A stretch of DNA of 64,000 nt from Marsupella aquatica (GCA_973895155.1 OZ316893.1:3950490-4014489), one strand, 5' to 3'. Positions 38,301 to 52,397 are shown, counted from the stretch's first letter. Notes: generated from the sequence alone by a model not told the origin. Program-made: numbers and translations.

Positions 38301-39650
38301 CAGGCATCTTCAGAAAACTGTTTCGGATTTACAGTCATGTCGAACATGTTGTGAGATATGAGTCAGTTGGTAGATTCATCCTCCTTGCCGTACCCAGAAC
38401 TTTCGCACTAACTTTGTGCATCATGTGAGCTACCGGTTGTCTATTATTTCTGCATGTGAGTGAGCCCATTCGGTATCTAATCCTACAAGATTTGTAGACT
38501 TGATTGTCCACCTCAAAATGCGAAGCTGGGCCGATCTTTCTCCTGGGAATTGGAAGTTCATCAGATTCCACGACTCAAGGGAAGAAGACTGATTATATGC
38601 TGCAAGAGAGTGAACCCTATCGTTTAAGATTTGTTGGCTGAACTACAGTATGTTCAGCTATGTGATGGGAGACCAAAAAGCTCAAAACAAAAGGAAAACG
38701 TTTTAAAACTAATCGCCACACAAAGCAAGGGGTGGTTTTCCCTAAGAATCACTTTTAAAACTAATCGCCACACAAAGCAAGGGGTGGTTTTCGCTAAGAA
38801 TCACTCGTTTGATTGTTAGAACCACGTGTACACGAATATATTATTTTAAGTAATGCTCTGGAGCTAATCATTATAATGTCATATTCTTAATGAAGACAAT
38901 AATTACAACCACGCATATCCCCTTTAGAAGAAGGCAAAGGGTTTATAATATTGAATGCTGATGTTATTTCTACTTTGATGCAAGGGTTTTACGGCAAGCT
39001 ATGCACCGATCGGTCCATGCAACACATGCTCAGCTCAGGCCATGTCTGAGTAGGCTCAGACTGTCCACCACTCTTGAGCCAGAACATTAATTTAAGGATA
39101 CAAGATAGTGTTCACGAGTTCTAAGCAGGTAATGATGCATGCACTCTGTTTTACAAAATGAAATTGCATATAGAAATGAAAATGTCAAGTTTTGTAAGAA
39201 AATAGTTGATATCTTCCTTGTCTTTTTCTCCAGGGAATGTCCCTACAATTGAACTCTGTATATTCCCTACATGATTTATTGTAGGTGTGCATTCGATTTA
39301 TTGTAGGTATGCATTATGTTTACAGCTTTTGCACTTTTCTCCACTTTGGTGCATTTCTGTGGTCTGGCTACAAATTGTCTATCATATGGTTAGTTCGACA
39401 TATGAGATTTATATATGATTGCCGCGAGAGCCTTCTTTCGAACAATAGTGTCACCCACTGCAGATTGCTCTGCATGCGAAAATGGTCTTGATGAGCTAGT
39501 ATGGTGCTTTCATAAAAATTTCGGCATTTCTGACGTTCCTGCCTTGTTTTCTGAAGGATCGAAATGCAAGTATAAGTCTGTACGAATGGTTGGTTAATTC
39601 GCTCGGACATTGTTGTTGACAACGTTGCTCGCGTGTGATCATCACTTGCA

Positions 39651-41185
39651 GGCAAATCCAAGGTCTTGCAGATGACCTAAGCAGGCCTGTTGCTGGTACC
39701 GAGGACCTGCACTGCCCAACCAAATATTCACAGCCGGCGATTGTGCAACTGTCGTATCGCCTGTGGTAGCAAAACCTGACGTATTGGCGCACAACCCGGA
39801 CTATCATAATGTTCAATACGTCTTCACGTTTTTCGCGGATCTGTTTTTCTGCCCGCTTGTTTTGCACGTACATGGCCAGAAACGGTGAGCTTAGTTTATC
39901 TCGATCACCTAATGAATGTTCTTATTTTCGAAGCCTATTCGTGCGTCGCCCCTCAATTGTTTCACCTTGAAGCACAAATAGTTGGCGAAGGACTTCACAA
40001 GACTATGTCAAATAATCTCGAGCTTAGGTTATGGAAGGAGAGGCTAGCGTTTCGTCTTTGTACGTACTGCCATCTTGATGACAAGATTCCATCAAGTTGT
40101 TACAAGATAATTTTTAGGTAGGGTTCGAGTAATATAGATCTCATTTATCTATGGAAGCATCGAGTTCAATAATATCTTGGAATTTATGGGACCAGTTTAC
40201 GCCGCTGGCTTTCTAATAGGAATACTATGTCCTCCGCGGTTCAGCCAATGACAGGAACAGAACGTGAAGTATATTATCGCGAGCATTCAGCTGTCTCAGG
40301 TAAATTCTATGATCAATTCCTCTGAACGTACTGCATTTTGCTCATTTTTCAATCAACGCTAGTAAACGTTTCAAGGCAGGATTCCAAAAACTTGGCTTGT
40401 TTTTCTTGGGGCCCTTTCCACTCTTTGTCTCCCCTTCATTGGGTTGCTTATCATGTCTCCCCGTTCTTTCTGCCTTTTTGGGATCATGACTCGTTCGCTG
40501 TTTTCCTTTTTGGGATCATGTCTCCCGTTCGATGTTTTTTGCCTTTGTTCTAGTTTTGAACTACCTCAATGCAGATAATGATCGAAAATACCGTACACTT
40601 TCTTGCAAAGTCTTGTTTACTCCTTAGTTACATATTCATTGATAAACCTGCAGTAGAAAGCTGATAAATGCTTTCTGTACCTCCATTTCACCTCGTCATC
40701 ATTCTCTTTGCTTATTACAGAATGATGACGGTTGCTCTCAGTCCAAATGTACAAGTTGCCACTGACTGTCTTTTCTGCCTTCTTTTCAACTTTTGGACCA
40801 TTTTCTGCGGCTTCATTATCACCAAGCCGGTCAGCGGCCTATCTATCTGATTAAACTGCACAAGTGTCATCCGCATTTATATCATAAAAATGTTCGGTGT
40901 CCCATGTATATTGCCATGGTAATGGGTTAGCATGATAACACCTCAATGTTCAGAATTGAATCAGTTTCTTTGTTTTAACCGATCTGGACTGGAAACTTCT
41001 GCAGAGAATGCCGAAGTGGTGGTCGTGGTATTACTGGGCCTGTCCTAGCGTGGCACATGTGTGCTGCTGTCATGTCGCAATCTGGAGACCTGAACGATAA
41101 ATTAGTCCGCGTTGTTGGAGAACTGGAGCTGGAATCGATTCCCCATTATCTCTGCCAAGCCTTCGGTTTGTGTCACAGCTGGCTA
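39651..41185 (+). pseudogene. ABCG/PDR full-size transporter pseudogene, C-terminal TMD2 exons
   Basis: Exon remnants LADDLSRPVAGTEDLHCPTKYSQ...LW*QNLTYWR, AVQPMTGTEREVYYREHS, MMTVALSPNVQVA...FWTIFCGFIITKP and MPKWWSWYYWACP match PDR motifs, with stops and frameshifts. Confidence 0.85.
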
Positions 41186-44100
41186 GTTCGGCTTTACAGA
41201 ATGTGGGACTAACAATTAATTACACGCCGACATCAGCAAATCAGATGGGAGAACTTTCCTCGTGACTTTCCTCAGGACAACGTTAGGTGCATAGGGTTGG
41301 AAATGACTGCCCAGCATAGCAGTCTCAGTTTCGGCAACTTGTTCAAATGTCTCAATCTGCAGTTTGGTCACCGGCCATGGAGGTCCAGAGTGTGCCAATC
41401 GGCTAGCTGCAGCCGATTCTAAACCCTAAACAAGCACTGGCCGCTGTGCTACGTCGAGGTGTGTTTAAAAATTTATCAGTCATATGATAAAGGGTATATA
41501 CGCAAGAAAGACAGCATTGTTATCGCTGTTTAGCTAATGCTTTGTATGGAGGAAGTGAGAGAATGAGTTGTGCCAGTTGGAATCTCCATTTTGGCTTTCG
41601 TTGTTTCGTTGTTGAAAGCCAAGCCCACTTTCAAGCGTCCCGATGGCTAAAAAGATCAATCTTCGATCACAGCTTAAAAGTTAGGTCTCGTGCCACCAAG
41701 TAGTAGAAGAATAAAATTTCATTGTGGCAGGAAAACCCGCGGCAAACACAAGCCTAAGAATGTGTTCAAGTTGATCCGAGTCGCTACATCCAGAAGCAGT
41801 TAGCGTTGCACTCTATACGTGATATCTTTCTATAATATGCGGTGTTCATCAATAAATTGATGAAGAATGACTGCCTTAAAACACAACATAAAACTGAATT
41901 TTGCTTGATCAGAATGATGATTTGTACGTATACTCCAAGAATTCAGGTACCCTTGCCAACTGGCGATGTAGCTTCGAACAATGGATCTCCAGCATTCGGC
42001 TCCTTCCACATGTATCTAGCTCTAAATATTCTCTCTTGGCATTTCTTGAAACAGTCTGTGACAATGGTCAAATGCTGGCCGCGACCATGCCACGATTGTA
42101 GCTTCTTCCGTTTGTTAATTGTAACGATTCTATTCAATTAATGATTCAGCATTTGATCCAACGAGTTTCAAAAATGATCACTTTCGTCAATTCCGATCGG
42201 GATTCCGATTCTATGGATTATTTCAAAGAAGGAATGTGTAAGTTTATTGGGGATATATCCAGGCTTGCCGATGAGAAAAACTTTTTAATTGATGCCGCCA
42301 AAGAAGTCTCTAATCTGAACCGTTCAAAATGTACACATTTCTGAAGGCTTTTAACTCGGAGAACTTACGCTGTAACTTCCTTGACCGGGAAATTCATCGG
42401 CTCGTTTTTTTAGATTCTCACTGACGGCTGTACTTTCCACTTTCCAATGGCCTCAGATAATATTTCTCATTCCCAACTACTACGTTCAACTCCTCCTCGA
42501 AGTCAAGAAAGTGTCTTCCATATTCTTGATATTGTGACTGAGTGGATGGCCTCGGGAGTTGTTGAATGGCGCTACAATTCAGAGATGAGGACAATTGAAT
42601 TGAACCTGTGGGACCTATACACCACAACCTATAACTCGGAGGACCAGCTACTATGTATAAAAGCTGCGATCTTCTCAGGCCTTGTAGTAAGGCTCGTAGT
42701 AGATTTGGAGTATCCCGTAGTAAATTTCTATTCACGCCTCCGGCATTCGGCAATGCTAGAAAACTCAGATTTTGAAAATTGGCTAACGGGGGACCTACCG
42801 GCAACTTTTCCAGTAGAATACGTTTTCCAAGGAATAGTCCGGGTAGAAAATTCCAATCACATCATCCGATCATGAGCTCTTCACTTGAACTAATGAAAGA
42901 ATATTCGAGAGACTCACAGTAAGCTAGCCCATGTTAGCGAACAGAAGTTGATCTCCAGTTTTCTTCTCGGACGGTAGATACGTGGACTTGAGCGCTTTCG
43001 CAGGTTTTTCAAGAAATAAAAATTAGAAAAATGCCGAAGTTGTTGAGGCTTGGTGCATGAAGCCCGATCCATATTCTCCCATAGAAGGATGAATACATAT
43101 TTTTACGGTCTAGGGGCCCAGAGACACACGTAAGACATAGCAACATAGCAACCATTGAAGAATCGCGTGGAGCATACTCGGGATTCTAGCGATTGTGGTT
43201 ATTTTTTTGCTTTTCTCAACTGTATCCCTAGCCTGCCCCGAGAATTAACCCCAGCTTAGAAGTGTGTATCTGCAACTATGTTCGAGCGGGTATCATGGTG
43301 TCTGGACAAAAACTATCTGTCGCATTCTGCCACACGCCAGTATCTTTGGCTCAACATATTGCACCTACCAGATATCACCTCAAGAGACGTTCATTCTGCG
43401 GCCGGGACCGAGGTTGAGGGTTCATTGCAAACCTAAAGGAACACTCGGAGGCTATGAGCTACATCTTCTAGCTAGTGTAAATCGAATAAATATGATTTTT
43501 TTTAGGACAGAGGACTCTTGCTGATGTGCTACAGCGGAGATTTCTTGATAATTTGTATCATTCGCTCGATTGCAATATATATGTGATGATCTAGCGGTGA
43601 AACGATTTTGTAGCACTCGAACTTGAGTTCAGTATAGTCGCTGTAAATTAATATGGCCCCAAATCTGTTGACTGCGGACCCTTTTTGGGAGTTCGAGTCC
43701 CTGTAGTATCATTCCTTCTCGCGTTTGAGTTAGGAATGCCCCCGATGGTTCTTTCATGCCTTGAGAACGGACTAAACGGTCTACTGCAGAGTCACGCCTG
43801 TTCGTGTAAATGTTCAATTCGAGATCATTAAGAGATCCTCATAATTTTTTTTTAAAGCAACTAGAATTAGGCTGCAGTACACAGGTCAGAAACGCGATAT
43901 ATATCAATTAAAGACACGGTTTGACCATGCCAAGAAGACGCATCGGAAGGAAATGAACGATTTAACATTGAATCTTGACTTGGCAATTCAAAAGGTGGTC
44001 CTAAAGGCACCACCCTTTGTGATTGAGTTCTATAATTGGCCCGGATATCTTCGTTTAAGTTGCAGAAGTGAAGTTCATCAGCAAAATCTGGCACTGTAAG

Positions 44101-46802
44101 ACTAATATGCTACGACAAGACCGAATTGTCTTCAAATAAGGCCGAGAACTTAATGAAGTCAACCCTAAATTTGCGTTCGACACAATTAAAGGACTTTCTA
44201 TCATTTTTGCAAACTCTGCAGTTGATCAGAACAGTGCTACTAGCTTTTCAGTTCCATGTTCGGATGTACATTTGTCACATTGGTCAGCGCGCCAGTAGGG
44301 AGACGTACCTATCGAGCGGATGAGTGATTCGTAATCTTGCAGTGGATTCTAAATATTAATCAGTCAGAAAGACGGACAGGAAGAACTAGAAGGAGTCTAA
44401 GGCTTATATGAAAATATAAACCTAGCTTCCTCAGACGATCCAGCGATTGGTGTGCAGATTTAATTGGATATGGGAACTCCAGACAAAAGCCATCGCGCTC
44501 TTCACACCGATGAGAGAGCTTGGCACGCTCCTGAATTGGATCCCACGTTAAGGCATGTCCCACTTCAAGCATCTTCTGAACGGGCGTCTGCAGGTGTGTT
44601 AAACCGGTGCCTCCCATGTTTGGCTCCTAGGTAATTGATATTGCCCTATCGTTGCATTTCTAGGACCAACTCATGGACGACGTGGTCTTGCATATGTCCA
44701 TCACATGGAATCTTAGAAAGTTAGAAAGAACTACAGTTTAGCGAGATGCTACTTCCCATATGTCGCAAGCCGTTTCCCCCACACAATTGTCACACAAGGG
44801 TTTCGTCTTATGATGAATTTTTGTGGGTTCTAACAATACAGTACTGTGAACGAGTGTTAATAAATGGTAGGTTTCAATTTTCCATTTCATAAGCTAAAGA
44901 TTGAACCGCTCGCTTTCCTTTATTAGTTAATTAACTTACTCACGTTTTAGGGATGGATGCTGTAACTTTCTGTGTAGTAGTCGCTGTGGCTCGGCGGCAC
45001 ATTGAGCCAAAGAGAATGCAATCTCTGTGGCTGAGAAAATGCCACAGGGAATGCCGCAGGAGGTCGCATCCTCTGTGGCTCGGCAGCAGATTTTCTTTGG
45101 CAAACAAGAAAATTCTCTGCAAATCTAAATTCTAAGCTTAGGCCGCATTCTATTTATTGAGTGATAACATCAACCCTGATACAGCCATCGTCCTCAGTTA
45201 ACACCGCAGTAAACATTTTGTCAATAGCATGTCTCTGGAAGAAGATACTGTATCGTAAGAAAGCCACTGTAGAAAAATGTTTAGGTTTCAGAATATCATT
45301 ATTATGGAAAATTTTACGGCACTCTTAATTTTGCTGTGCCGTGTTATACCCGTGCAACGCACCTCCCAACTCCATATGGAGCACCTTCATCGTCTTCCTA
45401 CTCCCAATAGTCCCAGCAACTCAGAACTTGAAGAAGTCGGACGGGCCTGTAGCTGCACCTCCCAAGCCACATTATTGTTCACGTCCACACATTCCCGTAC
45501 CCTTCATGTCCCCTGCGGCTCATAGGCACCCAAAACCCATATTACCAAAGGTAGGTTTCTCTCCAGGTTCATCAGGTGGAGCAGTCTTCCCAAGCATCCT
45601 GCTATGTCCTCCTACAACTACGAATGTATCTAGCTCATGGTGAGAGTCTGTACTACTATGTTCGTCGTATTCTTGGAAGCCCTCTTCAGTAAGCCAGGGA
45701 TATGCGTCAGCTTGTTCATCACTAAATAGTTAGATTTAAAGTAGTAAAACCCTCGAGAATTCTCTTCTTCATATTTAAAGTACAAATATTTATTACCGCA
45801 ACCTCAGAACCTGAATGGAAATTCGTTGGTGTGTCCATGGCGTGTCAATGATAGGGCTAGTTTCGACTTTCGCACTGGCAGTACGTGTACATATCTAGTA
45901 AGATTTTAATAGCTATTTCTAATTCAATCTTAGATTGGAAATTGAGTTGAAGGTTTAGTTTCTAATCGGAGTGTATTTCACGATCGAATCCTCGCCGGGT
46001 ACAAGTAATCCTGAAGGGAAAACAAGATACACCCTACGCAAAGCATTTTAGTCTGAATGGGGCTTTAATTTGTGTTACTGAGTGTATTCAAACGTTTCTG
46101 TTGTTCTTAATAGAACAAAGAAGTACTGTGTTGGGGTCTGAAATGACACCCACGATCATTTTCAAATAAAATTGGTATGAAGCACCACATTAGAGGTTTG
46201 CTGTGAAAAAGCCAGTTAGGTCTGGTGTACGTGCATATACTCCAGAGCTTGAGGGCATAACTTTCAGAAAGATCCATAAAACAAGAGCTCTGGCTCAAAT
46301 TTTCTTCTAGTTCACTTGTTAGTAGGTATAGTCTCACGTCGGTAAGATATGAGCGCGTAAAATATGCTCTGCACTTGAACCACTAACCTATTGACTGCGT
46401 TACAGTTTTCCTTTTATCTTAACGCACCCTAGACTCGAGGTTTAATGCTGTCGTGGTCTGCTCTAGCTAGTTTGCAGTTGTGGCTGCTTGTATCATCGAT
46501 TTTGGTGAGCTAGAGGGAAGGAGCCATCGAAGGTGTCCTCATGAGTCTTAGTAAACTGCAATTGTTTGAAAATGAGAACTTAAAGAATCAATGGCTACTC
46601 ACGCTTTCTTTTCTCGTGACCTTCGTCGGAAGAGCCAAAAAAATGGGCTTCATAATAATTATGCGCTTGGACGACTGGCATTTGTAACGTAAGCACGCTA
46701 AATATAATCAATCGCGAGTCATATCGCTTGATCCTTCGAGATTATAAAGTTGGGGCTAACTGAACGTCTCTGTGTCTGTGAATAAACACCAGCTTCTCAT
46801 GG

Positions 46803-49800
46803 ATGTGGGATCGCCCTCAATCTGCCGACCTTGCTGAGATTCCACAATCATCAACCAGTCACGTCCATTTCTCTCAAAGCCCAATTGGGAAATACCCTGC
46901 AAAGAGAGGTGAGGTACAAATTCGTCAATATGTAGATAAAATGGAGTGGTATTCCAGGAACTTCAATAATTTAGTCCAATACCAAAGCATGACTATTGCA
47001 ATCAGTATTACAAAGATTAGAAATTTCAAAAGTTAAAGCCAGGGAAAACATGCATGAGATTCCTTCCACTGCTATGAAGAGGTTACTGTACAAATCCAGT
47101 GCTTTACAATTTTTCAATGAATGATAACGCCTTAGCATTACAGATCTTTACATCTTTTGGTACTAGGTGATATGTGTTCTGAACAGTCCTGAGTGGCCCA
47201 ATTGTGACCTTGTTCTGTCACGGATGACAGACGTCAGTCCCACCAACTCCAATGGTATTGTTGATGAAACTAGCATTCAGCACATCAAGAAGCAAAAGGA
47301 CGATAAAAGTTACAATCAAATCTCGAATCAAATGTCTCAAAACAACAGCTCCCGAAGTGCTACTCAGGTATTTCATATTCAATCTTCGAAAATGGAAGAT
47401 TGTTAGTTGCAAGATCCTGGAATCAGTTTCATTGAAGAAGACGGATTCAAAGTTCAATAAAATTAAAGAAACCTTCCTGACACATGTAGTGCTCTGAAAT
47501 GTTCTGCAATTTTTGATTTAGAACTTGATCATTTGATTGGGCGTAGTTTTGAGGTTGGTACTTTGTGTGCCTTTGAGGTTCAGCTTAATCACATAGACAA
47601 ACTGACGGTTATTGTACTCCCATCATGAAAACAAGAGGCTGCATATTGTGAATATGAACTAGCTTCTACTTTTGAATATAACCAACAATGAACGCAATTT
47701 CCGATCACACTTTTGACCGAATTGAAGAAAGCAAATTCCAAATTAGGTACAAATTATGAGACATTCCAGCACGACAGATGCAGAGTTTAAATCTTCTTCT
47801 TCGGATTCAGAACTCGTATGCCAAATTATCAACGTCGATAATTCTTCAGAATGTTCTTTACCTAAATAATATCCTATTCGTGAACTTGAAGAAGGAGAGG
47901 AAAAAGGAACATAAAATAAAGCTTAGATTGATTCCAATCTAGCAGTTAGTAGATCATTTATTTTAAGGTGGGGCTATAGAGAATGGGGGTTGAAGCGTTG
48001 AGGTCAGATGACTTTAGAAAGAGAGATCGGAAGATGACCAATAGCAAAAGTCGATGAAGGAAAGCCTTGAGACAAACCGAATGACTCTAGCTTTCATAGA
48101 TAGACTGTGAAATGTTTTATAGATTTCTATGACACATGTACTGATCTAAAGTCTGTTGGCTTCGGACACTAACAGTAAGTTGCAATGAGTGCGTAGGACG
48201 TCGAAAGAGAAGATTCAGAAACGTCATCTGGCTTGGAGGATCCACAAGTTGATACATCGCTAGAGGTCTACCCATACGACGCTGAAAGAATTTCGATTCA
48301 GAGTCGAATCTTTGGGAAATCAAACGATCTTTCCATCGAACCCGAATACTTTAGTCTCACACGCTACTTGGCTAGAGTATACACGGTAAGATTGTAAACC
48401 GCCACTGACAGTATACCATAGAGACTTCAACATGCATTCTACCCAAGTGATACTTACTACAGGCTAAGGAATGGCAATATATGTTCAATTGAATTGAGCT
48501 GCATTATTTCAAATAACTCAAATCACCTGATCGGATGCACGACTTGGTGGCATGACAGTCATATATAGTCAGTTGTGTCTCTCTTCTTATGGTAGAGAAA
48601 TTTTGGGTTGAGACTGTCAAACATGTTTGCCTTGCAGGCCCTTGAAAAGCGACAGTTTTACCATATGTGGGAGGAATGTCCGCCCTCACACGCACCGTCA
48701 ATACAAGAATTGCAGCAGTGCTGTTGGAGAGAGCTAGAGGTCCAATTGATGGGACAAAATGTAGACAGGAAAACCTTGCACGTCAACTTTCGAAGAGTAC
48801 AAACCAGACCTTGCTTTGCAGTACAGTTGTCTGACTAGCACAAACTAAAGTTTCTGCTAGGTTTATATATAGAATGAGGAAAGCATTCCACAAACTAAGT
48901 GGTACTTGTGATTTCTAATAAAATCTCATTGACAGTACTGAAATCGGACTTGGCCTGTTGCTGTTTAAGGAAGTGACGGCAGCGTCATTCGAGTTAGTGG
49001 AGAACCGTAAGAGGAGGATGTACAAGTGGCCCTTCCACGTTAAAAGACTCTACCGGTGAGACCGGGGACACAACATCTAATTAAGTTGACTAGGCTTAGT
49101 TCTCAGTTCTAGCTCAAGTGCGGATGGTAGGTCGGGCGCGCTGGTGAAGGAAAATGAACCGATTCTCTATTTATTGAAACGAAAATGATTTTCTTTCCAA
49201 AAAATGGGGTCCTGTCTTGAGTTCCTTACAATATTGAGTTGAATAGATGTCCGGAGAGCTAGAAGTTGAATCTATTATAGAGCTGCATACTTATCACCAA
49301 AACAGCTGAGTAGCACTTTTATTGAAATGGGATTTGACCTGATTGACAAATAAACTGCCACTCAACCTATGAAAACTGACGTAGTTATTCTATCTCTGAA
49401 CAATCAGGAAATGGATTTCAGAACATGCTGGTGAAACTTGGGACACTCCATCCAGCAAAGCATGTCAGGATATGTCAACAGAAACAGGGGTGCCTGCAGA
49501 GAAGGTTTGTCTTACTGACGATTTCGTATCTAAACCTCCGTTCTTTGGTCCTTCAGGCATGAGTGTCTATATATGGAACACGGCCGAAATGTACGTAGGA
49601 CAACATTGCTTCGTATACATTATCTCAATCAATGCTGGTTACATAAACATTTAGTCAAACGTTGAAATTTTACGGAGAGGATACTCCCGGTCATACCGTT
49701 TGAATGAAAAAATGAATTAATGGATTCAAATTCGAGGTTTCCCAGACATGCATATTAATGCGTTAGAATTGCATGGTGTAAATATCTGATAAAACAAGTA

Positions 49801-51486
49801 GGTTCAGTTACTACGATGAAGAAAATCCGGGATGAGAAAATTTGGAGGGTTCTCGACAAACATTTACTATCTAAAGTCAATTCAACCTCAAAGAAAATCA
49901 AAAGTTTTGATATCATCCTAGCTTAGGCTACTGTTAGTGACTCATAAGAATGGTCGATAACGCTCCAATTGTTTGGATTCTTCTTATACTCATAACAACA
50001 ATACTTCATGACGTTCTACTACGTCTTGAAACAGTGATGAGAGTGAACTTTTCATAAATTTAAAATAGTTATAGATCTTCACAGACCTAATACTTTGTCT
50101 TTATGTTCAGATTTATCGACATTTGAAGGCGAAAAGAATTAAACTGAGGGCTACAGTAGAAAAGAAAGCGAAAGAACAAGGAAGAACAATTGAAAAGAAA
50201 CAGCGGATGTGTATTAACAAGCAAATCAACCCTACTCAGAGAGACTTGCTACGGTGGGTTCTGAATGCCCTAATCCGAGGGACTGCTTCCCTCGTATTTG
50301 CGCGTAATTTAGAACAAGTGTGAAAAGGATTTACGGCCAATATTGAAGTACTTTTCGGCACTACTACAAAAGTACAGAGCTGCCTAAGTCTAGGAAATTC
50401 CCCGCGTTAGCCATTGTGTATTCTCCAGTAATTATAGTGCTTGAAGTAAGCTGGCATTCGCGTCCAAAGGATTATTTAACTGTCCATGATGCTAGTGAGA
50501 TTCTCTTACACCTTCGGGATAAGGGATCGCGTTAATAAATATGTGCGATAAATTCTTGAAGTAGAGAAGCTAGACGTTATTTCGGGACAGACAACAGCAA
50601 AGCTTTCGGAAATTCCTTGATTTCCAGATTCTGGTAACTCATTAAGATTAAATTCCGTATCTGTTCATACAGGTCTTGGATTGCAGCTCACATAGAATAT
50701 CCCTTTCCAAATGAAGACGAGATGAAAGTCCTAGAAAAGGAAACGCGGTTAGAACCAGAGAAGGTTTGTTCTTCCTCCAACACCATGACGTCAATAAAAG
50801 TCACACCAAACCTGAGAGTTAGATAGAGTTAGATGTACTACATTATGATGACTTGCTCACTTTTTTATAGGGAGAGGTACTTAGATCGGTTGAATCATCA
50901 CTGAGACTTTCTAATATTAATTGGAATCAATTCAAGAGATGAAAAAAAAAAGTAGACGTTAGCGTCCTTGTCAGAGGATGACAGTTGCTCTTAACACATT
51001 GTTTTTCAGAGATTGAAAGCGCTGTCTATCCTCTGAACTCCTTGGATCCTTTTTTAGACTGACTCACCTCGAATTCTATTGTAGATCTGGAAATGGATTG
51101 AGTACTACATAAATATATCCAGATCAAAATTTCCACCGGGGAAACAGTTTAAACATCCAGGGGATGATACAAGGACCCCTTGGTTAAAGCCGGTAACGAG
51201 AAGGAAAACGGATGAAGCCTCAACACAATCAAAGGAAGATTCAGCTGCTGAGCTCGCTGCTAGAATATTGGCCAATAAACCTGGTATCGAGAAATTACAA
51301 AGAGAAATAGAAGATCGGAGAAGGGCAAGGAAAGAAAAAGAAGCTCAAGAAGCTATCCAGACGTCAGAGTTAACTAGAGCAGTGGAACAACAAGGCGAAA
51401 CCTACGAAAACTTGGAGCCTGAAGAATTAGATTTTGCGGCTGAACTGGAATCAGGGATAGAAGCTGATTTAGGGAATGTTAACTAG
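46803..51486 (+). CDS. Predicted multi-exon protein with two tandem divergent TALE-like homeodomains (~496 aa; 5' exons tentative)
   Basis: Phase-consistent GT-AG exons: 46803-46913, 47167-47367, 47747-47815 (tentative), 48197-48385, 48638-48739, 48970-49055, 49408-49504, 50111-50253, 50673-50763, 51085-51486. HD1: NRKRRMYKWPFHVKRLYR|KWISEHAGETWDTPSSKACQDMSTETGVPAEK|IYRHLKAKRIKL. HD2: KKQRMCINKQINPTQRDLLR|SWIAAHIEYPFPNEDEMKVLEKETRLEPEK|IWKWIEYYINISR. Acidic, coiled-coil-like C-terminus. Confidence 0.75.
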
Positions 51487-51761
51487 AATCAAGAAGACTA
51501 GGATTCCCTAAACTGCTAGAATTCGACCTTGAAATTGAATAGAAAACTCACTCACTAAAGAAATGCCCGAAGAAATGTATCCAACAGCTCTGGGAACTAG
51601 ATAAAACTTACAAATCGTAAAGATCTATAGAAGACGCTCTGGGAACTAGAGATAGAACTTACAAATCGTAAAGATCCATGGAAGACCACCCAACTACTTC
51701 AAGTCAGAAAAAGTTCAAACCAGAATCAAGCTCACGGGTCGAATCCTGGTATAGATTACTT

Positions 51762-52092
51762 TTTTGCCTTAAAAAAACAATTTGAAATTCATCCAAAAAG
51801 CCAGCATACAACGGTGGCCCACAAAAGGGGGTCGAGGGGGACCAAAGGTAGCGCGAGCTGCCCATGAGACCGGAGAGGCCGGCACCAGAAGAGAAGCAGG
51901 CCCAGCACGAAGGGAGCCAAACCAGAAATTTAACTACTACAGAAGGAGCGGCACACCCCAAAGACCGGCCAGTGAGGAGTGCCGGCATGGCACCCAACAG
52001 TGGGTCAGTGATAAAGTAAAACAATATCAGTCTAGCCTGCAGTCAAGCTTCTACTCCTGACTCCAACACCTAAATCATGGGGGACGGGGTGT
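51762..52092 (-). mobile_element. 5'-truncated non-LTR retroelement 3' end (LINE/SINE tail)
   Basis: Flanked by 18-19-bp TSD ATCCTGGTATAGATTACT(T) at 51743-51761 and 52093-52111, with an oligo-T on + (A tail on -). The paralog at ~59690-59710 has a single, empty site. Confidence 0.85.
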
Positions 52093-52397
52093 ATCCTGGT
52101 ATAGATTACTTGCTATGTCGTCTTTGCAGATACATTCTATCAAGAATTGCCGATGACTCCAGCCGAGAACCAACATGGAGGGTTCCTCATGGCGAATCAC
52201 GGAGGACATCACATTCAAAGCTAAAGCGTGGACAGACATCTGGACTTCTAGACAAAATGGAAGTCTGTCAAACTTCAAAAAAATTGTAAAACTTTTGAAT
52301 ATAAAAATTATTTCTTTAATACTTTAGAACTTTAAAACATTTGTTTCCTATCACTCAAGTATGTTTGGATTCTATTCTATGATGCGGTGGTCAATAT

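Noticed and set aside
48197-48739. Possible third homeodomain (RVYT|ALEKRQFYHMWEECPP...RELE)
   Set aside because: The intron phase and motif spacing differ from the other units and no convincing helix 3 follows; left uncalled pending a profile search.
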